A stretch of 64,000 nt of DNA from a virus: IMG/VR virus record IMGVR_UViG_3300046517_002960, positions 64,001 through 128,000 of that record; one strand, given 5' to 3'. The position numbers were made by a program, and so were the translations under genes. The stretch's first letter is position 1. Each line of letters begins with the position of its first letter. The notes under the pieces are model-generated. The model made no database searches. It was not told where the DNA came from and worked only from the letters and a program-made list of their open reading frames with translations. Shown here in pieces: positions 7,574 through 17,257 of the stretch.

Positions 7574-10500
7574 TCAGTCCAGCCCCCCGAGCAGCATCCG
7601 GACATATCTGGGGTCCTTGTACAGCTGGCCCGCCTGGCCCGCCTTGTCTTTCAGCACCTCGCGACGGTACTGGTCGACCGTGTCCAGCGTGACGAAGTCC
7701 ACGATCTCCACGTGGTCCCACTTCTCGGCGCCGATCCGGTGCACCCGGTCCTCGGGCTGGATGGCCAGGTCCAGCTGGTAGGACCGCTGCAGCATGGCCG
7801 CGCTGTTGCTCGCGGTCAGGGTGATGCCGAGCCCGCCGGCGCCGAGCGTGCAGATGATAACGTCCAGCTTGCCCGCCTGGAAGTCCTCGACTGCGGCCTG
7901 CCGGGTCTTCTTGGTGACCCGCACGCCGGGCTCGCCGTACTCGCCGGAATTGCCCTCGCCGACGACGTAGCCGGTGCGCAGCCCGGCTTTGGCGCAGTAC
8001 TGCCCGGTGATCATGGCCAGCTGCCGGGACTCGGCGAACACCGCGGTGGGCTGGTCCGGCCGCTCGGCCAGCAGGTCCAGCAGCGCCTCGGCCTTCCAGC
8101 ACGGCGGCTTGAGGGTGACTGTGTAGTGCGGCTTGAGCAGCCCGGTGGCCTCGTCCAGCCGGTAGTCGACGGCGACGTCGGCGGCGCTCGACGCGAGCTG
8201 GGACAGCCGGGTCAGCTTCTCGATCGTGTACATGACCGGGAGCTCGCCGCCGTCCGGGAGCTCGGCCAGCATCTGATCGCGCATGGTGTCGTACGCGTGC
8301 CGCCAGGCCGGGGGCATCTCCGGGCGGCGCAGCGAGTAGATCTTGTCCGGCAGGAACGCCAGCACGTCGGCCTTGGCGACCCGGCGCAGCTGCCCGGCCA
8401 GCGCGGCGAAGAACTCGGCTTCCATCTCCGGGCGCAGGCCCAGGATCAGCTCGTCGTAGTCCCCGTTGCCGCGCCGGGTGGCCAGGTACCGCCGTTTCAG
8501 GTCTTCCTTGGACGGCCAGTCCAGCGGCGCCATGGTGAACAGCGGCTGGTAGATGTCGCCGAAGTCGTGGGTGACCAGCGTGCCCGACGCCCAGACCAGG
8601 GTCGCCGCGTAGTGCGCGACCCGCCACAGCGCTTTAGACTGCTTGGCCTTCGGGTTGCGGCCCAGGTGAGATTCGTCGGCGATGACGCAGGCGGCCCGGA
8701 TCTTCACCAGCAGGCCGCGCATGTCCGGGGCGTCCCGGCGCATCGTGGCGTAGGTGGTGATCAGGATGTACCGGCCGTGCTTCCAGCTGGCGATCCTGGC
8801 CCGCTTCGCCCCGCGGTGCAGGACCGGCTCCGGCCAGTGCGGCATCAGCTCGCGGATATGGTCCTGCCAGACGCGGGCTACCTCCCACGACGGCACGACG
8901 ATGACCATCGGGAAGACGTCGGTGCCGGCCAGGCGGCGGGCCTCGATGCCGAGCAGCGTCGACGCGGTGTTATGCGTCACCGCGAACCGGTCTGTAACGT
9001 ACAGGCGGGACGGGTGATCAATAGCGATGCACTGCATCGGCTTCCGGCCGGCGAACTCTGCTGAGACGAGTGACCGGGCCGGCTGGCGCGTGCTGTGCCT
9101 GTTTTTCCACAAGCAGGTCTTCCGGGACAGCCGGAACGGGGACAGCGGCTGTGGCAGGTTCACCGTGACCGTGTACCGCTCCCGGCCCAGCTGGAATCTT
9201 GCCGCCAGGTGCCCGGTGCCGCCCAGAGATTCGGCCAGCCACCGCACGTCCTCGGCCAGCTGCCGGCTGGATGAGCCGAACTGCGCGGTTCCGTCACGGC
9301 TCAGAACCCATCCATCGGTATCCATCAGTCCCTGCAGGACAGCAAGGCGGCAGCTGGCCGGGCTCATCTTGTAGGCGTCCGGGACGAACTTCGTCAGGCT
9401 TGAGCATCCACGCAGGCCCAGATCGGCCAGCGGGCCGGCAACCGGATGACACCTTTTTCCTGCTATCGGGAACCGGCTCCGGGTATCGTCCTTAACAGCT
9501 GCCTGGTAACAGCGCCCGCACAACCCTCGTGCGATGGCGATCCGCCCGCATGCGCAGATCCGGCCGTTCGCGGAACCGAGCGTGCTAACCAGCCGGTAGT
9601 CGTACTTTTTGCCCGGCTCTTTCTTCACGATGATACCGGGAGGAACTAGAGACTCGATGGACGCGACAATCTCGGCGTCAGCCGTTGACACCCGGGTTGA
9701 CCTGGTCGTGAACCCGCCGTCACCCAGCAGCAGGCCGAGCAGGTACGGGTCCAGCTCGCGTTTCGCGCCGCACTCAAGATCGGGGGCCGTGATCATCGGG
9801 ACGTACCACTTCGCACGGTCACTGTCACCGTTCGGAGCCCGGAGCCCGGCATCAATGAGATCCCGTAGCGTCCGGGTCTGCCAGTAATAGGGAAGCCGCT
9901 CACCGGTTGTCTTCGAGAGCATGCGGCGGTGCCTGCTTACCCGCCAGAGATGCTGGTCATTGCATTCAGCTGATGAGCCGTCGCTGAAGATGACTTCGTA
10001 GCAGTCTTGTTCTCCCTGCGGGAACACGCCGGTAACCCGGGATGGCGTGCCGTCTCCGGCGATCACCAGGTCGCCCGTGCGAATCTCGCCCATAGCCCGG
10101 AATCCGCTCGGGGTCAGCACTTGTGCGTCCAGTGGCTGTGCTTTCCCGGTGCCCGGCTCATCGCCCAGGAGGTACTTCCCGGCTGACGCGATCGCGGCGG
10201 CGCCGTCCAGCTGGTGCGGGTAGGGCGTGAACGACTCCGGCCAGCACCGCGGGATGGCGGGCGGTGGCGAGGTGCGGCGGATCGTCTCGGCGATGATCCA
10301 CTCGGTCAGCTTCGGCCAGGGCTTCCAGACCGTATGGCCGTCGTGGTTGTAGATGAACCCGAGCTGGACGATGGTGGCCCAGCTCAGCGGGTAGTACCGG
10401 GCGCCGGTCGGCTGGCCGTTCTCGTCCAGTGCCGATTCCCCGGCCGCCGTCAGCAGGTGCAGCCGCTCGGCGATGTTCTTCTTGTCATGCGCGGAGCCGG

Positions 10501-10675
10501 TGGCCCACAGCACCATGTGCCGGCCGTCCGCCGTCATCTCGCCGCGCAGGGCGCCATCGCCATAATAACCGTTCCGCGGCGGCTCGCGGTACGCCGGGAG
10601 CCGGTACGGGCCGGGCTGCTCCGGCGCCAGGAACATGGCCACGGCGTCGTGTGCCGCTGCTTCGGCGAGATTCAT
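7574..10675 (-). CDS. SNF2-family (SF2) helicase containing an intein
   Basis: PYPHQLDG, GDEPGTGK|T split by the intein, IADESH, SGTLV, GLGITLT...QPEDRVHRIG motifs; ATG at 10675. Confidence 0.92.
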   Translation of the reverse strand: MNLAEAAAHDAVAMFLAPEQPGPYRLPAYREPPRNGYYGDGALRGEMTADGRHMVLWATGSAHDKKNIAERLHLLTAAGESALDENGQPTGARYYPLSWATIVQLGFIYNHDGHTVWKPWPKLTEWIIAETIRRTSPPPAIPRCWPESFTPYPHQLDGAAAIASAGKYLLGDEPGTGKAQPLDAQVLTPSGFRAMGEIRTGDLVIAGDGTPSRVTGVFPQGEQDCYEVIFSDGSSAECNDQHLWRVSRHRRMLSKTTGERLPYYWQTRTLRDLIDAGLRAPNGDSDRAKWYVPMITAPDLECGAKRELDPYLLGLLLGDGGFTTRSTRVSTADAEIVASIESLVPPGIIVKKEPGKKYDYRLVSTLGSANGRICACGRIAIARGLCGRCYQAAVKDDTRSRFPIAGKRCHPVAGPLADLGLRGCSSLTKFVPDAYKMSPASCRLAVLQGLMDTDGWVLSRDGTAQFGSSSRQLAEDVRWLAESLGGTGHLAARFQLGRERYTVTVNLPQPLSPFRLSRKTCLWKNRHSTRQPARSLVSAEFAGRKPMQCIAIDHPSRLYVTDRFAVTHNTASTLLGIEARRLAGTDVFPMVIVVPSWEVARVWQDHIRELMPHWPEPVLHRGAKRARIASWKHGRYILITTYATMRRDAPDMRGLLVKIRAACVIADESHLGRNPKAKQSKALWRVAHYAATLVWASGTLVTHDFGDIYQPLFTMAPLDWPSKEDLKRRYLATRRGNGDYDELILGLRPEMEAEFFAALAGQLRRVAKADVLAFLPDKIYSLRRPEMPPAWRHAYDTMRDQMLAELPDGGELPVMYTIEKLTRLSQLASSAADVAVDYRLDEATGLLKPHYTVTLKPPCWKAEALLDLLAERPDQPTAVFAESRQLAMITGQYCAKAGLRTGYVVGEGNSGEYGEPGVRVTKKTRQAAVEDFQAGKLDVIICTLGAGGLGITLTASNSAAMLQRSYQLDLAIQPEDRVHRIGAEKWDHVEIVDFVTLDTVDQYRREVLKDKAGQAGQLYKDPRYVRMLLGGLD
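8969..10141 (-). mobile_element. Class 3 intein (391 aa) with LAGLIDADG homing endonuclease, inserted in helicase Walker A
   Basis: Starts AQPLD (Ala1), ends VTHN followed by Thr+1; W (HLW), C (MQCIAI) and T (VTHN) give the WCT class-3 signature; LLGLLLGDG and LQGLMDTDG motifs. Confidence 0.92.
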
Positions 10676-10695
10676 GCCGGGGTACCTTCTGCCGT

Positions 10696-10968
10696 CTACT
10701 GCGCCTGGGGGTCCGTGCCGGGCGCGAACGCGGTGCCGCGCAGGTGCCAGCGCTCGCACATCGGGGTGCCGGTCAGCGGCTTGCCGTCCAGCCCGGACGG
10801 GGCCGTGGCGGCAGTTGCCCGGCCGGCCTGCCGGATCACGCCTCCGCGGGGGACCGCGCCGTCCGCGTGGCAGGGGCGGGCGCAGCCGCAGTGGCCCTCG
10901 CGGGCCAGGGTGTCCTCGGCGTTGGCGCGGATCCCGCAGTGAGCACCACATTCGAGGGTCAGGGCCAC
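10696..10968 (-). CDS. Small Cys/His-rich hypothetical protein
   Basis: 90 aa, CGAHC..HCGC..CH..CERWH; fills the gap between the SSB-like and helicase genes. Confidence 0.55.
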   Translation of the reverse strand: MALTLECGAHCGIRANAEDTLAREGHCGCARPCHADGAVPRGGVIRQAGRATAATAPSGLDGKPLTGTPMCERWHLRGTAFAPGTDPQAQ

Positions 10969-11075
10969 GGTATCCCTCCCGGGCAGTGGGGTCGGAGGGG
11001 TGAAGGCCCCGGGCGGGCCGGCTGCCGTCGTCGGAGGAGAACGGCGCCGTCCCGCCCGGGGCGGCGTGCGGGGGC

Positions 11076-12476
11076 TTACTGCGGCTGGGGCTGCATGTTC
11101 ACCTGCTGCGCCGCCAGCTTGCTGATCAGCGCCAGCTGCTCGGGGTTCATGCCGGCCACGTCCTCGGCGCTGACGCCGGGGGGAAGCGGGGCGGCCTGAG
11201 CCTGCGGTGCTGGCGGACCTGGCTGGTACGGCGGACCCGCGGGCGCGGGCTGGGCGTGCTGGGGCTGCTGGTACTGTCCGGCGGTGGCCATGGCGGCCTG
11301 GGTCGCGTTCTGGACAGCCTGCCCGGCCGCGGACTGCGGGGTGCCCTGGGGTGGACCCTGCTGCTGCGGTGCGGGCGGCTGGCCGGGCAGCTGCTGCGCC
11401 GGCTGGGGGTAGCCCTGCGGGACGCCCGGAGGCGGACCCTGCTGGTAGCCTCCTGGCGGGCCTACAGGGTAGGTCCCGTACTGCGCCGCGTTCTGCACGT
11501 CCTGCCGGAACTGGTACTGCGGTTCCTGCTGCTGGTACTGCGGCTGAGGCTGCTGCGGTGCCGCCGGGGCAGGCTGGGCCGGGGGGGCCTGGGCCTGCTG
11601 TCCGTCCGGCGCGGGGGGTACCCCGGAGCCGTCCGGCCGGCGGTAGACGATGTTGTGCAGCTTCTTGGCGTTGAGGTTGGGGATGTTCCGGTCGCCGACG
11701 TAGGTGATCGTGATGATCGCGCCCATCTCCGGCGGCCCGGCGGGCGCTCCGGCCCGGCCCATCGCGGCGGCGAGCTCGTCACGCTCGCTGCCGCGGACGT
11801 ACCAGGTCGCGCGCCCGTCCGGGAACTCGATCGACTCCTGGACGGCCAGCGGGACGGTCATCTGCCACTTCGGCCGCCCGTCACGGAACTCCAGCCCGCG
11901 GCCGGTGGTGAAGTCGGTCTGCTGGGTGACGTCAGCGTGGGTGACCGGCCGCGCGACCACCCCCGTGATCGACTGGCCGACCTGCTTGTGCAGGAACGAG
12001 GCGATCGACCGGCCGCCGCCGGAGGGCTGGTTGAAGAACAAGTCCAGGTCGCCCTGGGTCGCGGGCGGGCGCTGCTGCTGGGCCTGGCCGGCGAACCCGC
12101 CGGGGCCGGGCTGCTGCCACTGCTGGCCAGCCGGCGGACCCTGGTAGCCCTGCTGGGGGATGCCCTGGTAGCCCTGCTGGGGGATGCCCTGGTAGCCGGG
12201 CTGCGGGGCGCTGGGAGGCGGACCCTGGTAGTAGCCCTGGACGGGCATCCCCGTGTAGCCGGGCTGGGCGGCCGGGGCGGGGGGCGGGGGCTGCTGCGCG
12301 TAACCCGGGTCGGGCGGCGCGGGCGCGTACCCTGGCTGGGCCTGGGTGTAGCGCGGGTCGTAGCCGGGCTGGGGCGCCGGGGCGGGTCCGGGGGGCGGGG
12401 GCTGCTGCGCGTAGCGCGGGTCGTACTGCGGGTCCTGCGGTGGCTGGGCGTACCGCGGGTCGTAGAGCTGGGACAC
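11076..12476 (-). CDS. Phage single-stranded DNA-binding (OB-fold-like) protein with long Q/P/G/Y-rich disordered termini
   Basis: Central GQSITGVV..QQTDFTTG..FRDGRPKWQMTV..WYVRGS..ITITYVGD resembles actinophage SSB-like proteins; GGAGG RBS; lies downstream of the Cas4-like gene. Confidence 0.7.
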   Translation of the reverse strand: MSQLYDPRYAQPPQDPQYDPRYAQQPPPPGPAPAPQPGYDPRYTQAQPGYAPAPPDPGYAQQPPPPAPAAQPGYTGMPVQGYYQGPPPSAPQPGYQGIPQQGYQGIPQQGYQGPPAGQQWQQPGPGGFAGQAQQQRPPATQGDLDLFFNQPSGGGRSIASFLHKQVGQSITGVVARPVTHADVTQQTDFTTGRGLEFRDGRPKWQMTVPLAVQESIEFPDGRATWYVRGSERDELAAAMGRAGAPAGPPEMGAIITITYVGDRNIPNLNAKKLHNIVYRRPDGSGVPPAPDGQQAQAPPAQPAPAAPQQPQPQYQQQEPQYQFRQDVQNAAQYGTYPVGPPGGYQQGPPPGVPQGYPQPAQQLPGQPPAPQQQGPPQGTPQSAAGQAVQNATQAAMATAGQYQQPQHAQPAPAGPPYQPGPPAPQAQAAPLPPGVSAEDVAGMNPEQLALISKLAAQQVNMQPQPQ

Positions 12477-12605
12477 TGTGTCCTCCAGTGCTGTGCGGTG
12501 GATTCCCGGTGGGGCTTGCGACTGTGCTGTTAACTGTGAAGTGTGTACTGCGGTGGTACAGCCGTGTTACGGCTAGATACTGCGTAGGACTGACTATAGC
12601 GCATT

Positions 12606-13479
12606 TCAGCGGCGGACGCTCGGCACCGAGGGATCGGAGTGCCCGGGGCAGCCCGGACCCCCGTCCCGCGCGCTCTGCGGCCTGTAGAAGGGGCACCAGA
12701 ACAGCTAAGAAACATCCGTCGTCAGTCGGGGTGCGCGGCACCGCCGAGATCGGGATGTTTCTTGCCATCACCTCCCCCGCGATCTGGCGGCGGATGGCCG
12801 TCTTGCCCAGCACGGCCTCGATGACCACGTCGTCCAGCGCGCTGTACTGGTGCTCCCAGACGTACATGGAGTCCAGGGTCGGCTCGGTCCGCGGCAGCGC
12901 GGCCAGCACGATCCGGTCGACCGGCAGGCCCAGGTTGCGGTAGCCGAGCGCGTACAGCAGGAGCTGGATCTGGTACCGCTGCGGCGGGCCTTCCGGGCGG
13001 CGGATCTTGGCCAGCGATGTCGGGCCGAGGACCTTCCAGTCCACGACCGCGTGATAGGCGGTGTCGTAGAGGTCCGCCGTGCCGGGGTAGGACGGGTGCG
13101 GGGATACCCGCTGCTCGGTCAGCCAGCGCGGCACGGGCAGCCCGTTCAGCTGGTTCTCGAGCTGGAATTTCTCGGCCAGCCAGGCGTGCACCGCGGTGCC
13201 GACGATGGACGGCCACGGATCCGGCACGTGGTTGGTCACCGGCTCCCCGGCCAGCTTGCCGACTACCGCCCGGTCGCAGACGTCGCCGATCTCGGAGGGG
13301 CCGAGGTGGGCCTGCATGTTCCGGGGCTGGCGGTGCGCCTGGCGGTTGATGATCTCCAGCAGCTCGTGCGCGTACAGCGACGCCCAGGCGGAGTTGCCGT
13401 TCGGGAGCGTCGGCGCGGTGCCCATGAACGAGGCCGGGTCCATGAACTCGGCCGGGCTGATGCGCGGGCGGTCAGCCAC
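12606..13479 (-). CDS. Cas4/RecB-like PD-(D/E)xK exonuclease, frame broken by a 10-nt insertion at about 12698-12708
   Basis: LGPSEIGDVCDR, GTAVHAWL, GTADLYD..VVDWK, QLLLYALG. Removing 10 nt restores CFWCPFY...GCPG (Fe-S ligands) and a TGA at 12606-12608 (287 aa). Confidence 0.85.
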
Positions 13480-13558
13480 GGGTTCCCCCCGGATTATCCG
13501 GCCGGCCGGAGAATGCCGGGTGCGCGGGTGCTGGTGCGGGTGACATGACTGATACCTA

Positions 13559-13795
13559 TCACCGGGGTACGACATTCCCGCGGCGGCGCGCCCGCCGCTC
13601 GCGGTTGCGCAGCACGGCCTGGGCCAGCATCCGCCGGTAGGCAGCCTCACTGACGTGCCGCCGGCCCGGGTGACCCCTCGGCCGCCAGCACCGGGACCGG
13701 TCCGGGCCGCGCGGGACGACGTCCATCTTGTCCGGCTCGCGGCGCAGTTCGTAGTACTCCACCGGGTGACCGCAGCGCGGGGTGCTGACCATCAC
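13559..13795 (-). CDS. Small basic hypothetical protein
   Basis: GTG overlaps the upstream TGA; RCGH...RCWRPRGHPGRRH. Confidence 0.55.
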   Translation of the reverse strand: MMVSTPRCGHPVEYYELRREPDKMDVVPRGPDRSRCWRPRGHPGRRHVSEAAYRRMLAQAVLRNRERRARRRGNVVPR

Positions 13796-14178
13796 CGCTT
13801 CGCCTTCTCCAGCTTCCAGGTGCCGCCCTTGACGGCGTACCGCACCCAGTCCGCCAGGCGCTCGGCCTTGAACCGCTTGGTGTCGAACCGCCAGGACTCC
13901 GTCCAGCGCACGAGGAATTCGGGGCGGTACGGCGTGCCGGCCACGATGATCGTGGTGGTGCCGGGCGGGGCCAGCGGGATGACCTCGGCCTTGATCGAGT
14001 CGGAGATGTTCTTGGCGCGGGCCTCGGCCTCGTCCGCTTCCGCACGCGCGGTCTCGAGTGAGTCCAGCAGCTGCTCTGCGCGGCTGCCCGGCGGCGCGGC
14101 GTAGCGCCAGGGCGGCGGCCCGTCCTGGGCAGGGGCAGTGCCAGGCTGGACCGTGCCGGGCAAGGTGGGTTCCATCAC
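13792..14178 (-). CDS. Conserved actinophage-type hypothetical protein (coiled coil + SWRFDTKRFKAE motif)
   Basis: 128 aa; GATCAGGAGAC motif upstream. Confidence 0.75.
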   Translation of the reverse strand: MMEPTLPGTVQPGTAPAQDGPPPWRYAAPPGSRAEQLLDSLETARAEADEAEARAKNISDSIKAEVIPLAPPGTTTIIVAGTPYRPEFLVRWTESWRFDTKRFKAERLADWVRYAVKGGTWKLEKAKR

Positions 14179-14312
14179 GAACTCCCTGTCTCCTGATCGT
14201 CTTCTGCCCGCTCAGCATAGACCCGGGCGGTGTCATTCGCATCCGGGCCGCGCCGGGCCGCGGAGTATGCTCGCCGTAACGGGTCAAGGCCAGGAGATAC
14301 GGGAGAGCGCCC

Positions 14313-14867
14313 ATGCCGCGCGTCGTGATCAGGGACGAGCACGTCGACTACGAGATCGACGGCGACGTTATCGCCGGCGGGCCGGATCACCCGGTCAGCA
14401 CCGCCCTGGACGCCCGGCAGCGGCAGCGCGCCCGCTGGATGGAAGCCACCCTGTACCGCAAGATCGACGGCACCTACGTGCTGCACCAGGTGAACCATTC
14501 CCTGGTCTGGCACCTGATCGACGGCGGGGGCCATGTCCGCAAGCCGCGCGAGACGCCGTGGAGCAAGCTGCCCCGCGGCGCGGTGTACTGCGGGTTCCTG
14601 CCGCCCCGGGAGCACCGCGAGCAGTGCCCGCCCGGAGGCCGCCGCGGGCCGCGCGGTGCAGGCCCGGTCGTGCTGACCGAGATGCCCCAGCACAAGGTGT
14701 CTCACCACCCGGACCCCCAGTCGGTGATCCGGGTGGTGACCATGGCCCGGCACGGCGACGGCGGCACGTCCGCGGCGGTGTCCGAGCCGATGCGCGAGCT
14801 GCTGCGCCAGGCCGCGGAGAACGACCCGGCGTTCACGTCCGGCGCCCGGCCCGTCATCCGGATGTAG
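14313..14867 (+). CDS. Hypothetical protein
   Basis: 184 aa, GGGAG RBS, globular composition; first gene of the rightward arm. Confidence 0.7.
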   Translation: MPRVVIRDEHVDYEIDGDVIAGGPDHPVSTALDARQRQRARWMEATLYRKIDGTYVLHQVNHSLVWHLIDGGGHVRKPRETPWSKLPRGAVYCGFLPPREHREQCPPGGRRGPRGAGPVVLTEMPQHKVSHHPDPQSVIRVVTMARHGDGGTSAAVSEPMRELLRQAAENDPAFTSGARPVIRM

Positions 14868-15127
14868 CCGCGGACGCTACAGCCGTCGCGGTCCCGGCCC
14901 CGGGAAGGAACATACGTCATGGTGAGGACCTGGCACATTGACGGCACGCCCTGCTATCACCGCGCGCACGGGTGCGGGCAGTTCTGGCCGCCCCGGCTGC
15001 AGGCCGAGATGGACGGCTGGCACATACGGCGGGCAGCCCTGGCCCGTATCCGCGGGAATATCCCGTGCCGCAACGCTGTCACGTAGACTGCAAGGGACAG
15101 CTGTAATACAGCAGATCAGGAGATCAC

Positions 15128-15619
15128 ATGGAAGACCGCGCAGAGCGCACGGAAGCAGAGCGCACGGAGCACATCAAGGCACTGATGGGTGAGCGGGTCA
15201 CCGTGACCAACCCGGACGTCTCCGGGGCCAGCTGGACGGGGACGCTGACCGGGCGCTACGACGAGCCGGTGCTGGTCCTCGAGATGCCGGACGGCTCCAG
15301 CCGGGCACTGCCCCAGCGGTTCACCCTCGCCCCGGCAGAGCCTGACGGGAAGCCGGGCGACGAGGAGATCCTGGCCCGCCTGCAGGACGAGCTGCCGGAG
15401 ATCGCCGAGATGGTCGTGGAAGTGAGCCGCCCGGCCTGCGTTAACTGCCAGGCCTGCGTGGCGCTTGCCGACATGCGCGCCGCACTGCGCTGCGTGCTGC
15501 TGCCCTGGCTGGAAGAACAGGCTGAGCCCGCGACCGCCCGGCGGCTCCGCAACGACTTCGAAACCCGCCTCGATGAGCTCGAGGACCTGATCGACGGCGT
15601 CTGCGAGGCAGGCGGCTAG
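15128..15619 (+). CDS. Hypothetical protein (SH3-like N-terminus, helical C-terminus with CxxC)
   Basis: GATCAGGAGAT motif directly before the ATG; 163 aa. Confidence 0.75.
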   Translation: MEDRAERTEAERTEHIKALMGERVTVTNPDVSGASWTGTLTGRYDEPVLVLEMPDGSSRALPQRFTLAPAEPDGKPGDEEILARLQDELPEIAEMVVEVSRPACVNCQACVALADMRAALRCVLLPWLEEQAEPATARRLRNDFETRLDELEDLIDGVCEAGG

Positions 15620-15691
15620 CCTCTCAGGACAGGCAAGGTCCCTGGCGAGGAGGATCCTGTGCCAGGCAGAGAAGAACAGGAGACCGGACGT

Positions 15692-16228
15692 ATGCCCGCG
15701 AGCGCCCAGGTTAAAGACAAGCCCGCCAGGACCCGCAGGAGCGGGAAGAAAACCGCGTCTTCCGCGCTGTCCCGAGCGGGTGGCGCGCCGCCGCCGCCGA
15801 GGCTGAGCGACGAGGTTATCGCCTACCTGGACCAGCTGTACGCCGCCAACCCCGCCCAGGTGATCTGCCTGGGTTACGGGCACCAGTGGCCGGTGCTGAT
15901 CCCCGGCCGCGGCAGGCCGCGAGGCTGGTCCTCGCACTGGCTCGGCAGCCGGGTGTTCGGCATCGAGGAAGACTGCCTCCGCGACGAGCTCGGCGACGGC
16001 AGCACCTGCGAGACGACCCGGGTGTCGAACACCACCGCCCGCGGCATCTTCCTGGACCGCGGCGTGCACCGCCAGTACAAGCGCGGCGAGCACTGGCGGA
16101 TCCGCCCGGAGCGCAGCAGGATCACCCGGCTGGACATCATCGACTACCTCACCTGGACGATGGGCGACGTGCTGTTCGACGGCGGCCAGCCTGAGACGGG
16201 CGACGTGAGCGACCGGGGGCTGGCGTGA
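15692..16228 (+). CDS. Hypothetical protein (C.GYGHQW...C...C motif, possible Zn-binding)
   Basis: ATG at 15692 after AACAGGAGAC; 178 aa. Confidence 0.7.
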   Translation: MPASAQVKDKPARTRRSGKKTASSALSRAGGAPPPPRLSDEVIAYLDQLYAANPAQVICLGYGHQWPVLIPGRGRPRGWSSHWLGSRVFGIEEDCLRDELGDGSTCETTRVSNTTARGIFLDRGVHRQYKRGEHWRIRPERSRITRLDIIDYLTWTMGDVLFDGGQPETGDVSDRGLA

Positions 16229-16497
16229 CCACGGGAGAACGCAAGCGCACCTGCCAGTCTCCGGGAACCGAACCGGGGCGGCAGCACTGCGGCGCGCCCG
16301 CCGTGTTCAGCGTGCTGCGGCGCGACTTCGACCCGGTGCGCCCGAGCCCGCGCGACGGCTACGACTGCTGCGAGGCGCACCTGGGCCGCGTCATCCGCGA
16401 AGTCGATGAGATGGCAGCGCCGGGTTACGTCGTGCACGTCACGGTGATCGCCAGCGTCGCTGAGAAGGAAGCCCGCGCCCAGGCGGCAGAAGCATGA
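16225..16497 (+). CDS. Hypothetical protein with Cys/His motifs
   Basis: GTGA-coupled start; CQS..HCG..YDCCEAHL. Confidence 0.65.
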   Translation: MTTGERKRTCQSPGTEPGRQHCGAPAVFSVLRRDFDPVRPSPRDGYDCCEAHLGRVIREVDEMAAPGYVVHVTVIASVAEKEARAQAAEA

Positions 16498-16563
16498 GCG
16501 GTGCAGGCAGGAAGCGCATGAACGCGGATATACGGACCCGCCCCGGCGGAACCGGAGGCAGTC

Positions 16564-16857
16564 ATGAGGAACCCCGCGGAAAACCTGGCAGACGCGATCC
16601 GGGAACAGCTGGGCGGATTCGTCCCGCAGGATGCCGGGGAGCTGGACCTGTTTTTCGAGAACTTGCCCCAGGTTTTCAGCACGCTGGGCCAGCAGCTGGG
16701 CCAGCTCGCGCCCCACCTGGCGGACCGTGACTGGATCAGCGATACGACGGCGGAGCAGCTGCACCAGCTGGCAGGAGACTGCACCGCTTCCTGCCAGCTG
16801 GCGGTAGCCGCCCGGGAATCCCACGCGACCGGACCCGCCGCGTTCTGGCGGCGCTGA
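16564..16857 (+). CDS. Small helical hypothetical protein
   Basis: 97 aa, GGAGG RBS. Confidence 0.65.
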   Translation: MRNPAENLADAIREQLGGFVPQDAGELDLFFENLPQVFSTLGQQLGQLAPHLADRDWISDTTAEQLHQLAGDCTASCQLAVAARESHATGPAAFWRR

Positions 16858-16867
16858 GGAGCCGGAG

Positions 16868-17257
16868 GTGATCATGAGTACTGACCAGAACAGCCGCACC
16901 CTGGCCCAGCTGCAGGATGACGCCGCGCTGAACGCCGATGTGGACCGGAACCGGTTCGCCGTGCCCGCCATCCGCCGGATTGTCGCCGAGGCCTGGATGG
17001 GCGGCCGGGCGGAGGTGAAGGCTGAATCGGCCGTGCCGGACGGCAGCTGGCAGGAAGCGCTGAACTGGCTCAAGGCGTGCCTCCAGGGCTATGACTACCT
17101 GCTGATCGAGCCGGAAGAAGGCCTGGCAGCCTGGCAGGAAGCTCGCGCCCGTGGCGAGCAGCGCATCATCGCTGCCTGTGCGAGAGTTGCCGCGCTGGCC
17201 GGACTGACGGAGGACCAGGCACAGCTCCTCGCGAAACTTGCGGAGCCGCAGTTATGA
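16868..17257 (+). CDS. Hypothetical protein
   Basis: 129 aa, GGAGG RBS, coupled to the next gene. Confidence 0.7.
   Translation: MIMSTDQNSRTLAQLQDDAALNADVDRNRFAVPAIRRIVAEAWMGGRAEVKAESAVPDGSWQEALNWLKACLQGYDYLLIEPEEGLAAWQEARARGEQRIIAACARVAALAGLTEDQAQLLAKLAEPQL

Noticed and set aside
12606-13479. Cas4-like gene as evidence of a CRISPR system
   Set aside because: No repeat-spacer array or other cas genes in the window; solo Cas4/RecB-like exonucleases next to SSB are standard phage recombination genes.
11932-13650. 572-aa ORF as a real Cas4-like fusion protein
   Set aside because: Its length comes from the 10-nt insertion reading through into the SSB gene in a shadow frame; the corrected gene is 13479-12606.
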